Assembly: GCA_965200245.1 (NCBI GenBank)
Contig: CBDATS010000015.1
Location: 288,001 to 352,000 of the forward strand
DNA: 64,000 nt
Source of the DNA: a bacterium
GTDB lineage: Bacteria > UBA8248
Direction of reading: 5' to 3'
The number at the start of each line of letters is the position of its first letter. Position 1 is the stretch's first letter. Under the pieces are notes generated by a model. That model saw nothing but the letters and a program-made list of their open reading frames with translations. It did not search any database and was not told the DNA's origin. Below, in pieces: positions 29,277 through 39,286 of the stretch. Made by a program: the position numbers and the translations under genes.

Positions 29277-30281
29277 ATGATGAAACCACTGAAAGCATCG
29301 AAACGCACTATTCCGTTCCTCACCCTTGCGCTGAGTCTGTTTGTCGTCGTTGCGCTGGGGACCACACAGGCTCTTGCTGCATGGAAGCCGACGCGGCCGA
29401 TCGAGTTCGTCATCATGGCGGGTAAGGGAGGCGGCGCGGACCGTATCGCCCGTCTCATGCAGAAAATTGTCACACAGAACAAATGGTCGCCACAGCCCTT
29501 GGTACCAATCAACAAAAAAGGCGGATCCGGCGCCGAGGCGATGCTCCATTTGCTCTCGAAAAAAGACAATCCTCACGTCATTCTGGTGACGCTGAACAGC
29601 TTCTTCACCACCCCTGCCCTGCGCAAACTGCCAGTGAACTACACCAAGCTCACGCCGGTATACCGCCTGGCCATGGACACGTTCCTGCTGTGGGTCAACA
29701 CGAAATCGGGAATCAAGAACATGGATGATTTCGTGAAGGCCGTGAAAGCCAAGAAAGGGAAATGGACCATGGGCGGCACGGGCAAAATGCAGGAGGATCA
29801 ACTCGTCACCAACATGCTCATGCAGTCTTACGGCCTGAAAGGCATGATTACCTACGTGCCCTTCCGAGGTGGCGGCACCGTGGCGAAAAACCTTGCGGGC
29901 GGACACGTCGACTCGACGGTGAACAACCCATCCGAAGGTCTGCCGCACTATCCCGGCAAGATGAAGCCGATCGCCGCGTTGACGCCCGAACGCATTCCTG
30001 CGTTCAAGGATGTCCCCACGTTCAAGGAACTGGGCAAGCCGGAACTCGTGTACTTCATGCAACGCAGCATCAACGCAGCTGGCGGCATCTCCAAGGACGC
30101 CTTGAAGTGGTACACCGATTTGTTCAATAAATTGTGCAATTCCAAAGAATGGAAAGACTATACGTCGAAGAAAGCGCTGAACCGCGCTTGCCTGAGTGGC
30201 GCTCCTCTGGGTAAGTTCTTCGCCGATGAGGACAAGAAACACAAGAAGCTGCTCATGGGTATGGGATTGCTGAAAAATTAG
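29277..30281 (+). CDS. tctC: Tripartite tricarboxylate transporter substrate-binding protein
   Basis: Signal peptide; W.PTRPIEFVI..G.GGGAD..AR, GGSGA, YVPFRGGG and VPTFKELG motifs. Confidence 0.9.
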   Translation: MMKPLKASKRTIPFLTLALSLFVVVALGTTQALAAWKPTRPIEFVIMAGKGGGADRIARLMQKIVTQNKWSPQPLVPINKKGGSGAEAMLHLLSKKDNPHVILVTLNSFFTTPALRKLPVNYTKLTPVYRLAMDTFLLWVNTKSGIKNMDDFVKAVKAKKGKWTMGGTGKMQEDQLVTNMLMQSYGLKGMITYVPFRGGGTVAKNLAGGHVDSTVNNPSEGLPHYPGKMKPIAALTPERIPAFKDVPTFKELGKPELVYFMQRSINAAGGISKDALKWYTDLFNKLCNSKEWKDYTSKKALNRACLSGAPLGKFFADEDKKHKKLLMGMGLLKN

Positions 30282-30297
30282 TCTGGAGAAGATGTAG

Positions 30298-30789
30298 ATG
30301 CAACGGGCGGATAGAATCGTCGCCATCGGGTTGATTTTCGTCAGCCTCGGCGTCGCCTGGAAAGCTACAGAACTACCCATTGGCATACTTCCCAAAGAAG
30401 GGCCAGGAGGGGGTTTCCTCCCCTTCTGGCTCTCGTTGGGGATAGCCGTCGTATCCTTGCTGGTATTGCTGCAGTCGCTGTTTCGCTCTCGGCGAAACGA
30501 AACCTCCATGGTTGATTCAGGAGTGTTCGTACGCAGGGAGGGATTGGGTGACCTGATGCGCGTCGGCTTGCCCGGGATGATCATGATTCTCTTGACCGGC
30601 GTTATTTCGGTGTACATTTCTGCCGCTCTTTTCATCTTTTATTGCCTGTTCATTATTGGGGGGCACAACATGAGGACAAGTCTCAGTGTATCGGTGGGTG
30701 TCCCTGTCGTGGTGTATTACATTTTCGAAAAGTTTTTGATTATCCCCTTGCCGAAAGGGTATGTGGAATTCCTGTTTTACTGGAACTGA
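30298..30789 (+). CDS. tctB: TTT small membrane subunit
   Basis: GPGGGFLPFW, four TM helices, FL.IPLP.G. Confidence 0.88.
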   Translation: MQRADRIVAIGLIFVSLGVAWKATELPIGILPKEGPGGGFLPFWLSLGIAVVSLLVLLQSLFRSRRNETSMVDSGVFVRREGLGDLMRVGLPGMIMILLTGVISVYISAALFIFYCLFIIGGHNMRTSLSVSVGVPVVVYYIFEKFLIIPLPKGYVEFLFYWN

Positions 30790-30869
30790 TTATTACATCT
30801 TGTCCTTTGCCCATTGTGCAGTAAGTCTCTGTAATCTCGGGGTAAGGTTTGTCCTAAGGACCGAAAAAA

Positions 30870-32399
30870 TTGGAAATTCTCGGTAATCTGTTCTACGGGC
30901 TGGGCATTGCGCTCTCACCGGAAAATCTCTTGATGGCATTGTTTGGCGTCGTTCTGGGCGTCGCCATCGGCGCAATGCCCGGGCTGGGTTCGGTGAACGG
31001 GGTCGCCATCCTCCTGCCCATCACGTTTGCGGTTCCGCCGACCAGCGCCATCATCTTCCTGGCTGCCATCTACTACGGCGCGATGTACGGCGGTGCCATC
31101 AGTTCGATCACGCTGAACATCCCTGGAGCTTCCACGGCCGTCGCGACCACTTTCGACGGCTATCCGCTGGCGAGAAAGGGGAAAGCCGCGGATGCCCTTG
31201 TGACGGCTGCGGTGGCCAGTTTCATCGGCGGGACTTTATCCATCGTCCTCTTTACATTCTTCGCCCCGCCCTTGGCCGAATTCGCCTTGCGCTTCGGCCC
31301 GCCCGAAGAATTCGCCGTCGTTCTGCTGGCCTACGCCACCTTCGCGGGTCTGGGCGGGGAAAGCCCCCTCAAAACACTCGTCGCCACCATGCTGGGCCTG
31401 CTCATGTCCACCGTTGGAACCGACATAGTGAGTGGCTCGCCACGTCTGATATTCGGGGGTATCACGGGCTTCTACCACGGCATCAATTTTATCGTGCTCG
31501 CCATTGGCATCTACGGCGTCGGGGAAATTTTCTACACCCTCGAAGAAGGATTGAAGACGAAAGAGAGATACCAGGCGAAACTCGGCGTCCACGAGATTGT
31601 CTCGACTCTCAAGAGCCTCAGGAAATGCACCGCCACCATCATGAGAGGCTCTCTGCTCGGGTTTTTCGTCGGCATGCTGCCCGCCGCAGGCGCCACGCCT
31701 GCGAGTTTCATGAGTTACAGCATCGCGAAGCGGTTTTCGAAAAAACCGGAAGAATTCGGCAAGGGAACCATCGAGGGAGTCGCCGCACCCGAGTGTGCCA
31801 ACAATGCGGCGAGTACGGGCTCCATGCTACCCATGCTGACGCTGGGAATTCCCGGTTCCCCGACCACGGCGGTAATGCTCGGTGCCCTTTTCGTGTGGGG
31901 ACTCGTGCCGGGGCCCCGACTGTTCGTCGAAAACGCGGAATTCGTCTGGGGTCTTACGGGGAGCCTCTACATCGCGAACACCCTATCGGTCATCGTCGCT
32001 ATATTCGCCGTACCCATCTTCATCTGGATGCTAAGGATGCCCATGACGATTCTGGCCCCGATCATCTTGGTCATCTGTGCGGTGGGCGGATTCTCGCCGA
32101 CACAGGACATGTTCGATGTCTATCTCATGTTCATATTCGGCGTTATCGGCTACGTGTTCCGCAAACTCGACTATCCCCTCGCCCCGATGGTACTGGCACT
32201 GGTTCTGGGAGGGTTGACAGAGCGCACTTTCCGCCAGAGTATGATCATGAACCACGGGAGCCCCAGCATCTTTTTCGACTTCGCAGGTCATCCCATCGCG
32301 GCGGTGTTGATGATGCTTTCCGTCGTCTTGTTCGTCCTGCCGCTCGTGCCTATGATCTTCAAATTCAGGGCCTCGCGGGCGGACACTTCGACCGGATAA
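30870..32399 (+). CDS. tctA: TTT large permease
   Basis: GAMPGLG, YYGAMYGG, AAPECANNA and LTLGIPGS motifs. Confidence 0.93.
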   Translation: MEILGNLFYGLGIALSPENLLMALFGVVLGVAIGAMPGLGSVNGVAILLPITFAVPPTSAIIFLAAIYYGAMYGGAISSITLNIPGASTAVATTFDGYPLARKGKAADALVTAAVASFIGGTLSIVLFTFFAPPLAEFALRFGPPEEFAVVLLAYATFAGLGGESPLKTLVATMLGLLMSTVGTDIVSGSPRLIFGGITGFYHGINFIVLAIGIYGVGEIFYTLEEGLKTKERYQAKLGVHEIVSTLKSLRKCTATIMRGSLLGFFVGMLPAAGATPASFMSYSIAKRFSKKPEEFGKGTIEGVAAPECANNAASTGSMLPMLTLGIPGSPTTAVMLGALFVWGLVPGPRLFVENAEFVWGLTGSLYIANTLSVIVAIFAVPIFIWMLRMPMTILAPIILVICAVGGFSPTQDMFDVYLMFIFGVIGYVFRKLDYPLAPMVLALVLGGLTERTFRQSMIMNHGSPSIFFDFAGHPIAAVLMMLSVVLFVLPLVPMIFKFRASRADTSTG

Positions 32400-32455
32400 G
32401 CGGAGATTTCGCAGCCGTAACTGTCTGAATCAGGTAGATTTTTCGGCGAACGGTT

Positions 32456-33352
32456 TCATACGTCCATCGCACAGCGAAAGCCGATATTGAAATTCTTGTA
32501 CCAAGGCTCAAAGCCCTCTCTCGCCGAGCACCGCAGACTGTCTTCGATGTAATCCCAGCCGCAGCCCCGTGCAACCTTGGCCGTCCATGCGTAGCCGGCC
32601 CTGCGGGGGAGCCAACCCTCGGTGTTCCCGAAGCGTATCTTGTAACTGTCCTCGTCGCGGTGAAGGATTTCGTAGCGTTCTCCGCGCCTGACCTCGCCCA
32701 GGTTCAGACTCCCCCCGCCCGGAACGGCGAACACCGGCACCCGCGCCATCGCCACCTCGAAGGTCGGCTTGTCCAGCCCCTGCGGATTCACCGCCGGGCC
32801 CGTCTGGTAATAGAACCCGTCGAACCAGTCGGCCACCCACTCGAAAACGTTGCCCGCCATCTGCACGCAATGATAGGGAGAGGCACTTTCAGCGAACTCC
32901 TTCACGTTGCTCGGGCAATGAACGTCGGTTTCCGTGCTCGCATAGACGGCCCTCCCGGGAGAGGGTTCGTCCTCCCCCCAGGGATACTTGCGGCCGTCCG
33001 TTCCGCGCGCCGCCTTTTCCCATTCCGCCTCGCTCGGCAGGCGCTTGCCTACCCAGCGGGCATAGGCGTTCGCCTCATCCCAGCTTATGCTGACAATGGG
33101 CTGATCCGGTCCCACGAAATCGTCTCTCGCGAACGAGGGCGGAGCAGGAAACGCTTCGGTTTCCTCGAGGAAGGCGCGGTACTGCGCATTCGTCACGCAG
33201 TATTTGTCGATCCAGAAAGCGTCGAGGGTAACCTCGCGCTGCGGACGCTCATCCGCGTTCCCGATGTCCGAACCCATCAGAAACTTCCCCTCCGGTACGT
33301 ACACCATTGCGGCTTCGTCTTTTCCTTTTCTCATTTCCTGAACTTTGTTCAT
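32456..33352 (-). CDS. Formylglycine-generating enzyme (SUMF1/EgtB/PvdO) family protein with SH3b-like insertion
   Basis: F.MGS, ERPQREV, VTNAQY, RLPSEAEWEKAARG, MAGNVFEW and IGFRC motifs; ~60-aa insert before ARGCGW. Confidence 0.88.
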   Translation of the reverse strand: MNKVQEMRKGKDEAAMVYVPEGKFLMGSDIGNADERPQREVTLDAFWIDKYCVTNAQYRAFLEETEAFPAPPSFARDDFVGPDQPIVSISWDEANAYARWVGKRLPSEAEWEKAARGTDGRKYPWGEDEPSPGRAVYASTETDVHCPSNVKEFAESASPYHCVQMAGNVFEWVADWFDGFYYQTGPAVNPQGLDKPTFEVAMARVPVFAVPGGGSLNLGEVRRGERYEILHRDEDSYKIRFGNTEGWLPRRAGYAWTAKVARGCGWDYIEDSLRCSAREGFEPWYKNFNIGFRCAMDV

Positions 33353-33389
33353 CTTCTACTCTTTCGCTTTACGGTTTTCCGGGATAAGC

Positions 33390-33420
33390 AAAAAAGAGCG
33401 GGGCCCCGAAAGGCCCCGCC
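33390..33420 (-). terminator. Rho-independent terminator after the oxidoreductase beta gene
   Basis: GCGGGGCC-N6-GGCCCCGC followed by TCTTTTTT on the minus strand. Confidence 0.75.
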
Positions 33421-33452
33421 GTAAAACCATCGACACTTGTTTCCTGGAACCG

Positions 33453-34481
33453 TTACTTCTTGCTCGGATCGTTCACCTTGAAAGGAATCACGCCAGGAAC
33501 CATCCAGTCGTCCCACATCTTGTCCACTTCGCTCTGGAAGTATTCGTAGTCTTCCTCTTCAAAGTGGTGGAAACGCCCCTGTGTCTCCAGGTACTCGCGC
33601 ACGGGCTTGCGAGAACGCTTGCCGTATACCTGACGTGCGGAAATGCCCGTGTAGGTGAGTGCTCCGTCCGTCATCTCCCAAAGCGGGAAGAGGCCCGTTT
33701 CCACGGCCAGTTCGCCGAGCTTGTGGGAGTAGAACGGATCATAGTCCCAGCCCTTCGGGCACGGGTCGAGTGTGTGCACGAAGGCGGGGCCCTTCACGGC
33801 CAGCGCCTTGCGTACCTTGTCGATCAAGTCGGCGGGATAGGAAGCGTCGGCCGTTGCTACGTAATTACAGCGCGTGTGACCGACCGCGTACATGGCGGCA
33901 ATATTCTTTTTCCAGCAATCGTGCATGATGCGGAACTTCTTGCCCGGAGGCGTGAACGTCGTGTTGGCACCCCAGGGAGACGCGCCGGAAATCTGGATGT
34001 CCGTGTTCGCATACGATTCGTTGTCGTAGCAAATGATCGCCAGATTGTACTTCGCGTGCATGAGTGCCGCCGATATGGAGGAAACGCCCATGTCGATGCC
34101 GCCGCCGTCGCCGCAGAAGGCGATGACGTTGATGGGTTCTTCTTTCATCTTACCCTTGCGCATCAGCGCGCGCAGGGCCGCCGCCGTTCCCGTCGCCGCA
34201 GAACCCGAAGAGCCCAGCTGCGTGTGCATCCATGGCACGACCCACGGGGTGCTGTAATAGGTGGTGTTCGCCACGTACATGCATCCCGTGCTGCCCAGAA
34301 TGATGGAACGAGGGCCTGCCGCCTTGGCCATGAGACGCATGATGAGCGCACTCTCACAACCCTGGCATGTCCTGTGCCCGCTGGTGAAATATTCTTCCAC
34401 CGCTTTCTGGGGAATGGCGTTCACCTTCCCCATCAAGGGAAGTTCCTGGGTTCCGATGTTGTATTCAGAGGTTTCAGCCAT
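33453..34481 (-). CDS. 2-oxoacid:ferredoxin oxidoreductase beta subunit (TPP-binding; oxalate oxidoreductase-like)
   Basis: GHRTCQGC, TGCM, GDGG, YDNESYANT and PCPKGW motifs. Confidence 0.9.
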   Translation of the reverse strand: MAETSEYNIGTQELPLMGKVNAIPQKAVEEYFTSGHRTCQGCESALIMRLMAKAAGPRSIILGSTGCMYVANTTYYSTPWVVPWMHTQLGSSGSAATGTAAALRALMRKGKMKEEPINVIAFCGDGGGIDMGVSSISAALMHAKYNLAIICYDNESYANTDIQISGASPWGANTTFTPPGKKFRIMHDCWKKNIAAMYAVGHTRCNYVATADASYPADLIDKVRKALAVKGPAFVHTLDPCPKGWDYDPFYSHKLGELAVETGLFPLWEMTDGALTYTGISARQVYGKRSRKPVREYLETQGRFHHFEEEDYEYFQSEVDKMWDDWMVPGVIPFKVNDPSKK

Positions 34482-34484
34482 GAT

Positions 34485-35702
34485 TTAGTCCCTCACTCCG
34501 ATCCAGTCGACATTGTTGTCGGCAGTATCGTTCTGGCCCATGGAAATGACCTTGTCAGTCATCAGTTTGACATCTTCGAGCAGTACCTCTCGGCCACCGA
34601 GGCCGCAGACGAACCCTTTCATATGAGGCACTTTGTCCGCTCCGTACATGGCGGCTTTCACTTCATTGAACACTATACCACCATGATAGGGTGAACCAAA
34701 CGAGTAGTCGCGGTCGATGACGCCCACTGCCTTGAAACGCGAGAGTGACGTGCGCAACTCTTCCGTCGGGAAGGGGCGGAACCACTTGAGGCGAACGAGG
34801 CCCACCTTCTTCCCTTCCTTGCGCATTTCGCGGATGGCGACCTTCACCGGCAGGCTGAGTGTCCCCATGCCGCAGAGCACGACATCAGCGTCCTCGGTCA
34901 TGTACTCATCAAGGAAGGGGTCCGTGTCAACGTCAAATATCCTGCAGAAATCGGCATGGGCCTCCTTGAGTACGTCGTATGAATTTTTCGCCGCCTCACT
35001 GCTCTGGCGCCGCACTTCCATGAGCCAGTCTTCGTTTGCCTGAGGGGCGATGGTGATCGGGTTGTCCGGGTGAAGCAGCAGGTCACCCCTGTCGTAGGGC
35101 GGGAGGAACGCGTCGACCTGCTCCTGGCCCGCCAGCCGAACCGTCGCCTGGCTGTGCGTGAGGAACGCGCCGTCCATGGCGATGGCGCAAGGCAAGTACA
35201 CCCTCGGATCCTCCGCCACGCGGTACGCCATGAGGCCGAGCTCGACGACTTCCTGCGCCGTGTCGGGAAAGTTGATCATCCAGCCCAGATCCCGTACGAG
35301 CATTGCGTCGTTATGCTCGGTGCCGAACGCGCCGGGGTCATCAAGCGCGCGGCAGCCGACCAGTGCCACCATGGGTAGGCGCAGGCCCGCCGTAACGGCC
35401 AGTGGCTCCATCGCATAGAGCCAGCCCACACCGCTTGATCCGGTGAACACGCGCGCGCCGCAGGCCGAAGCGTGCTTGACGATCTCGAACTGCCCGTGCT
35501 CACTCTCCGCCGGAATGTAGTCGGCGTCGAATTCACCTTCGGCGATGAATTTCGAGACGTACTGCATCACGGTGTCATACGGCCGGATCGGGTACGCCGT
35601 GATAACATCCACGTCGGCGAGGCGGCACACGTGGGCCATCACCTCGCTTCCGGTGAGGAGATGAACTCCCGCACCTTGCTGTTGTTCGGTAGCTGTCGTC
35701 AT
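34485..35702 (-). CDS. 2-oxoacid:ferredoxin oxidoreductase alpha subunit (oxalate oxidoreductase-like)
   Basis: YPIRPY (Arg in place of PFOR Thr), ESEH, TGSSGVG and FRPFP motifs. Confidence 0.9.
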   Translation of the reverse strand: MTTATEQQQGAGVHLLTGSEVMAHVCRLADVDVITAYPIRPYDTVMQYVSKFIAEGEFDADYIPAESEHGQFEIVKHASACGARVFTGSSGVGWLYAMEPLAVTAGLRLPMVALVGCRALDDPGAFGTEHNDAMLVRDLGWMINFPDTAQEVVELGLMAYRVAEDPRVYLPCAIAMDGAFLTHSQATVRLAGQEQVDAFLPPYDRGDLLLHPDNPITIAPQANEDWLMEVRRQSSEAAKNSYDVLKEAHADFCRIFDVDTDPFLDEYMTEDADVVLCGMGTLSLPVKVAIREMRKEGKKVGLVRLKWFRPFPTEELRTSLSRFKAVGVIDRDYSFGSPYHGGIVFNEVKAAMYGADKVPHMKGFVCGLGGREVLLEDVKLMTDKVISMGQNDTADNNVDWIGVRD

Positions 35703-35715
35703 CAGTTCGCTCCTA

Positions 35716-36903
35716 TTAAAGCTCTTTGAGAGTTTTGATCCTAGCCGTATCGGGGTTGTGACCCGTCTCGAGACCGATGCCGGAGAATGCCTGGCCCAAA
35801 CCTGTGATCGGGTGGCGACCCTCTATTTTGCCGCTGTCGATCTTCTCGTCCATGTATTTGTCATAATCTTCCTTGTTCTCGTTCCACATCTGCCACTGGC
35901 TGTCGCGTTCCTCAAAGACTACTTCGTTCACCATGGTAATGCAGTCCTTGACCGGACAGATGGCCTCGCATACACCGCATCCGCAACACGCTTCCATGTT
36001 GGCGTCGAAGTAGCCATCCGGCGTGACGTCGAAGCATGTATCCGGGCACGCGATCCAGCACAGCGTGCACTTCGTGCATTTATCGAACGAGACGACCGGG
36101 CGCATGGTGCGCGTCGACCACTTCTTGAAGTAGGGATTCCGCCCCGGCTCGTAGCCGCCCTCCCCGCCTCTGAAGCCCTCGTGACCACCCACGCCGTCGA
36201 TGACAACGCCCTGACGCATCTCGTGCCACTTGAGCAGCTCGAACGTGAAAGGCACTTCGTCGTTCCCCTGACCCGGCTCGATTTCAACCGGGCTCAGGTC
36301 TTCGTACACCTCCCGTGCGGCTTCCACGTGTGTTTCCGAGCCGATATTCTCGCGGATGGCCGACTCGAGGGAAGCGATGGAGCACATGCTCGGTTCGGCC
36401 TTGAGCGCCGCTGCCAGACAGCGTGCATCAGTGCCGTCGTCCTTGTACACCCAAAGACCTGCGAAGCTCGCCTCGCCCGGAATGACCGCAAGTTTGTAGG
36501 GCGTCTCCCTTCGGTGGATGTGTTTGACGAGTTCGTCTTCTTTCTGGTTGGAGGTGACGATCAGCGTGCCACCGGGCTTTGTGACGGCGTTGATGGGCTG
36601 AAGACCGTACCACGCCCAGGATTCCACGCCCTTGCAAAGCGTGTCGTCCACGCAGATGGAGATGTCCACCTGCTTGGGTTCGTACTGCGCCGCCACGGTC
36701 TCGAGTTCTTCCTCGTTGTCCGCGATATATCCGAACTGCTTGGCGGGAATCCCGTTGCGCTCGGGAGAATCGCTGTAGCGACCGAAGGAGATGCCAGGCT
36801 TTCCTTCCTTCACGGCCGCAAGAATCAATGTCCGCGAAATCTTGACCGCAAGGCTTTTCTGAAAAATTCCTCTGTAAATGACTTCAAACGATATCACACT
36901 CAC
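35716..36903 (-). CDS. 2-oxoacid:ferredoxin oxidoreductase fused gamma/delta subunit with 2x[4Fe-4S]
   Basis: Y.DSPER.G.P gamma motif; CTKCTLCWIACP and CCGCGVCEAICP; GTG start inferred. Confidence 0.87.
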   Translation of the reverse strand: MSVISFEVIYRGIFQKSLAVKISRTLILAAVKEGKPGISFGRYSDSPERNGIPAKQFGYIADNEEELETVAAQYEPKQVDISICVDDTLCKGVESWAWYGLQPINAVTKPGGTLIVTSNQKEDELVKHIHRRETPYKLAVIPGEASFAGLWVYKDDGTDARCLAAALKAEPSMCSIASLESAIRENIGSETHVEAAREVYEDLSPVEIEPGQGNDEVPFTFELLKWHEMRQGVVIDGVGGHEGFRGGEGGYEPGRNPYFKKWSTRTMRPVVSFDKCTKCTLCWIACPDTCFDVTPDGYFDANMEACCGCGVCEAICPVKDCITMVNEVVFEERDSQWQMWNENKEDYDKYMDEKIDSGKIEGRHPITGLGQAFSGIGLETGHNPDTARIKTLKEL

Positions 36904-37010
36904 ATTCGATACCCCCCACTTTGGAGTTGAAGAAGTTGGCGTTGTAACCGAAAGACGGGATTTCCTCAAATTCGGTTTACACGATTATTGTTTTCCAAAA
37001 TGCTCCTGAT

Positions 37011-37709
37011 TCATCCGGTTTCCACCTCGACGTTTTTTATATGGCTGATCATTTCCGCCACGGCCTTGTTCTGCTCCCTGTTCCTGACGGCATCCAGTAT
37101 TTCCCGGTGGGCCTCCCAGGAGCGGAAGCGCCCCCTTTCGTCACGGCTCAGTGTGCGTTCACGCATTTCGCGCAGAGAGTTGAGCAGCGTGCTGAGCAGA
37201 TGGTGCAAGAACTGATTTCTGGCGGCCTCTGCAAGCCCAAGGTGAAACTGGGTATCTTCTTCGAGACCCAAACCGCCGCCTTCTATCTCATCATACTGTC
37301 GGCGGAGTGTATCATTCAGTTTTTCCAGTTCTGTCTCCGTCGCGCGCTCGGCAGCCAAGGCGGCGATTTGAGGCTCCAGAACCATGCGCGCCTCAAAGAG
37401 GTGGTGGATTCCATTTTCCGCATCGGAGGAGACTTTTTCGGAGATCACATGAACCATGGATACCGGGTTCGCCGTGACGAACGTGCCCTCCCCCTGTCTC
37501 GTCTCCACCAGCCTGGCGGACTCCAGTGCGCGCGCGGCCTCTCGAACCGAATTTCGACCGACGCCGAATTGTTCACAAAGCTCGCGCTCCGAGGGCAGCC
37601 TCTCACCCGGCTGGATTTCGCCCTCCAGGATGAGAGACGTGAATTGAGCGACTATGGCCTCATAGACACGCGTTTTCTTCACCGCCTGTAATTTGACGCT
37701 GCCAACCAC
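37011..37709 (-). CDS. GntR/FadR-family transcriptional regulator
   Basis: PGERLPSERELCEQFGVGRNSVREA helix-turn-helix; FCD domain (D.QFH..LA.AA.N). Confidence 0.93.
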   Translation of the reverse strand: MVGSVKLQAVKKTRVYEAIVAQFTSLILEGEIQPGERLPSERELCEQFGVGRNSVREAARALESARLVETRQGEGTFVTANPVSMVHVISEKVSSDAENGIHHLFEARMVLEPQIAALAAERATETELEKLNDTLRRQYDEIEGGGLGLEEDTQFHLGLAEAARNQFLHHLLSTLLNSLREMRERTLSRDERGRFRSWEAHREILDAVRNREQNKAVAEMISHIKNVEVETG

Positions 37710-37760
37710 CTATCAAGCTCCCGCATATGCGCCTCACAGGGAGGCCCATCATCTTATGGG

Positions 37761-37774
37761 ATTGTCCTACCAGT
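37761..37774. promoter_or_regulatory. Putative FadR-subfamily (PdhR/LldR-like) operator
   Basis: ATTGTCCTACCAGT approximates TGGT-N3-ACCA, downstream of a minus-strand TTGACA at 37799-37804. Confidence 0.45.
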
Positions 37775-38040
37775 AAACTTGCATCTTTTTCCATGAGGTG
37801 TCAACCACAAATGCGCCAAATGAAAGACTGTGGACCGAAAATGTGGAAACCAACAAGATTATTTTCCCTTAATATGTATCATCTGACCCTGATGAAATGT
37901 CCGGCATCAGAAACGAGGTTGCCAACCCCGATGAAACCGCTGCGAGACCCCCACTCCTCGCCTATGCCTGTTCCTGTCAAAATGCTAGGATTTTGTATCT
38001 TCTGTTCCGTGCCACCCGTTCCGATGAAAGAAACAAAACC

Positions 38041-39222
38041 TTGAAGAAATGGCAACTTCTCGCCCTGCTCACCACCGGCCACGCTTGTGAACACTGGTTT
38101 CAGGGCGTCCTGGGACCCGTCATCCCCTACCTGACGGAAGACCTGGGCCTCACGCTCACACAGGTGGGGCTTCTCTTCACGGGCAGAGCCGTAATGAGCG
38201 GCTTGAGCAGCGCGGGAACGGGCTACCTTACCGACGCGTACGGTGGCGGGAAATGGCTGCTCGTCGGGTGCATGGTTTCCGTGGGACTTTTCTACGGCGG
38301 AGCGGGTCTGGCGACGGGGTTTCTTGCACTGGCGCCCATCATTTGGCTAAGCGGCCTGGCGACGCACATCTGGCACCCACCATCAATGGGCTTGCTGGGC
38401 ATGCGCTTCGAGAACCGCAAGGGTTTTGCGCTGGGCGTACATGGCACGGGCGCGAACGTGGGGCAGACGTTGGCTCCCATCATCGCAGGCTATCTGCTTC
38501 TCATCATGAACTGGCGGGGCGTACTGCTGGTGAACACGATTCCGCTTTTCGTCACGGCGATACTGTTGTTGATCTTTCTGGAGCCTTTCCAGATCAGCGG
38601 CAAACAAAAACCCGGTGCTGCCCTCACTCCGCGCAAATTTGCGGATGCTCTCATCAGGAACCCAGGGATGATGGGAGCCTGCGTTTTCTCGGGCGTGCGG
38701 ACGCTGGCGCACAACGTCATCTCTATTTTCCTGCCCATTCTTCTGGTGAGAAAATACGGCGTGGGGCCGAGCACCCTGGGTCTCGCGCTTGGCGTATACT
38801 CGGCGGCATCCATATTTCCCGAAACGATCGTCGGTTATCTCTCCGACAGGATTTCGCGCAAACTGATCCTTTTCGTCGGAATCGCTGCGGGCGGAGTTGC
38901 GCTCTTCCTGATTCCCTACACGGGCACGGGAATTTTACTCTACCTTTGCATCGCATCGGTCGGCATTTTTCTCATCTCCATGCGCTCGGCCGTTTTCGCA
39001 TACGGCTTCGAGGTCAGTCCACCCGAACTGGCAGGCAGTGTTGTCGGCGTTATTTTCACGGCAAATCAGATTTTTGTTAGCCTGGGATTGTTCTTTCTGG
39101 GTATACTGGCTGATGAATATAACCTGGAGTTCGTTTTCGGAGCAATCGGCATCGCATGTCTGGGAAGTCTCGTCGCCTTCTCCTGGTTGCCCAGAACGGT
39201 GGGGAATCCGGCTCCTCACTAG
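38041..39222 (+). CDS. MFS transporter
   Basis: About 12 TM helices; GYLTDAYG, WHPP and GYLSDRISRK motifs; TTG start inferred. Confidence 0.88.
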   Translation: MKKWQLLALLTTGHACEHWFQGVLGPVIPYLTEDLGLTLTQVGLLFTGRAVMSGLSSAGTGYLTDAYGGGKWLLVGCMVSVGLFYGGAGLATGFLALAPIIWLSGLATHIWHPPSMGLLGMRFENRKGFALGVHGTGANVGQTLAPIIAGYLLLIMNWRGVLLVNTIPLFVTAILLLIFLEPFQISGKQKPGAALTPRKFADALIRNPGMMGACVFSGVRTLAHNVISIFLPILLVRKYGVGPSTLGLALGVYSAASIFPETIVGYLSDRISRKLILFVGIAAGGVALFLIPYTGTGILLYLCIASVGIFLISMRSAVFAYGFEVSPPELAGSVVGVIFTANQIFVSLGLFFLGILADEYNLEFVFGAIGIACLGSLVAFSWLPRTVGNPAPH

Positions 39223-39286
39223 GCGACAGCGAATCCCGGGATATCCGATGCGGTAGTTTTTCATCGTTTGTGCGGGGGGATTTGCT

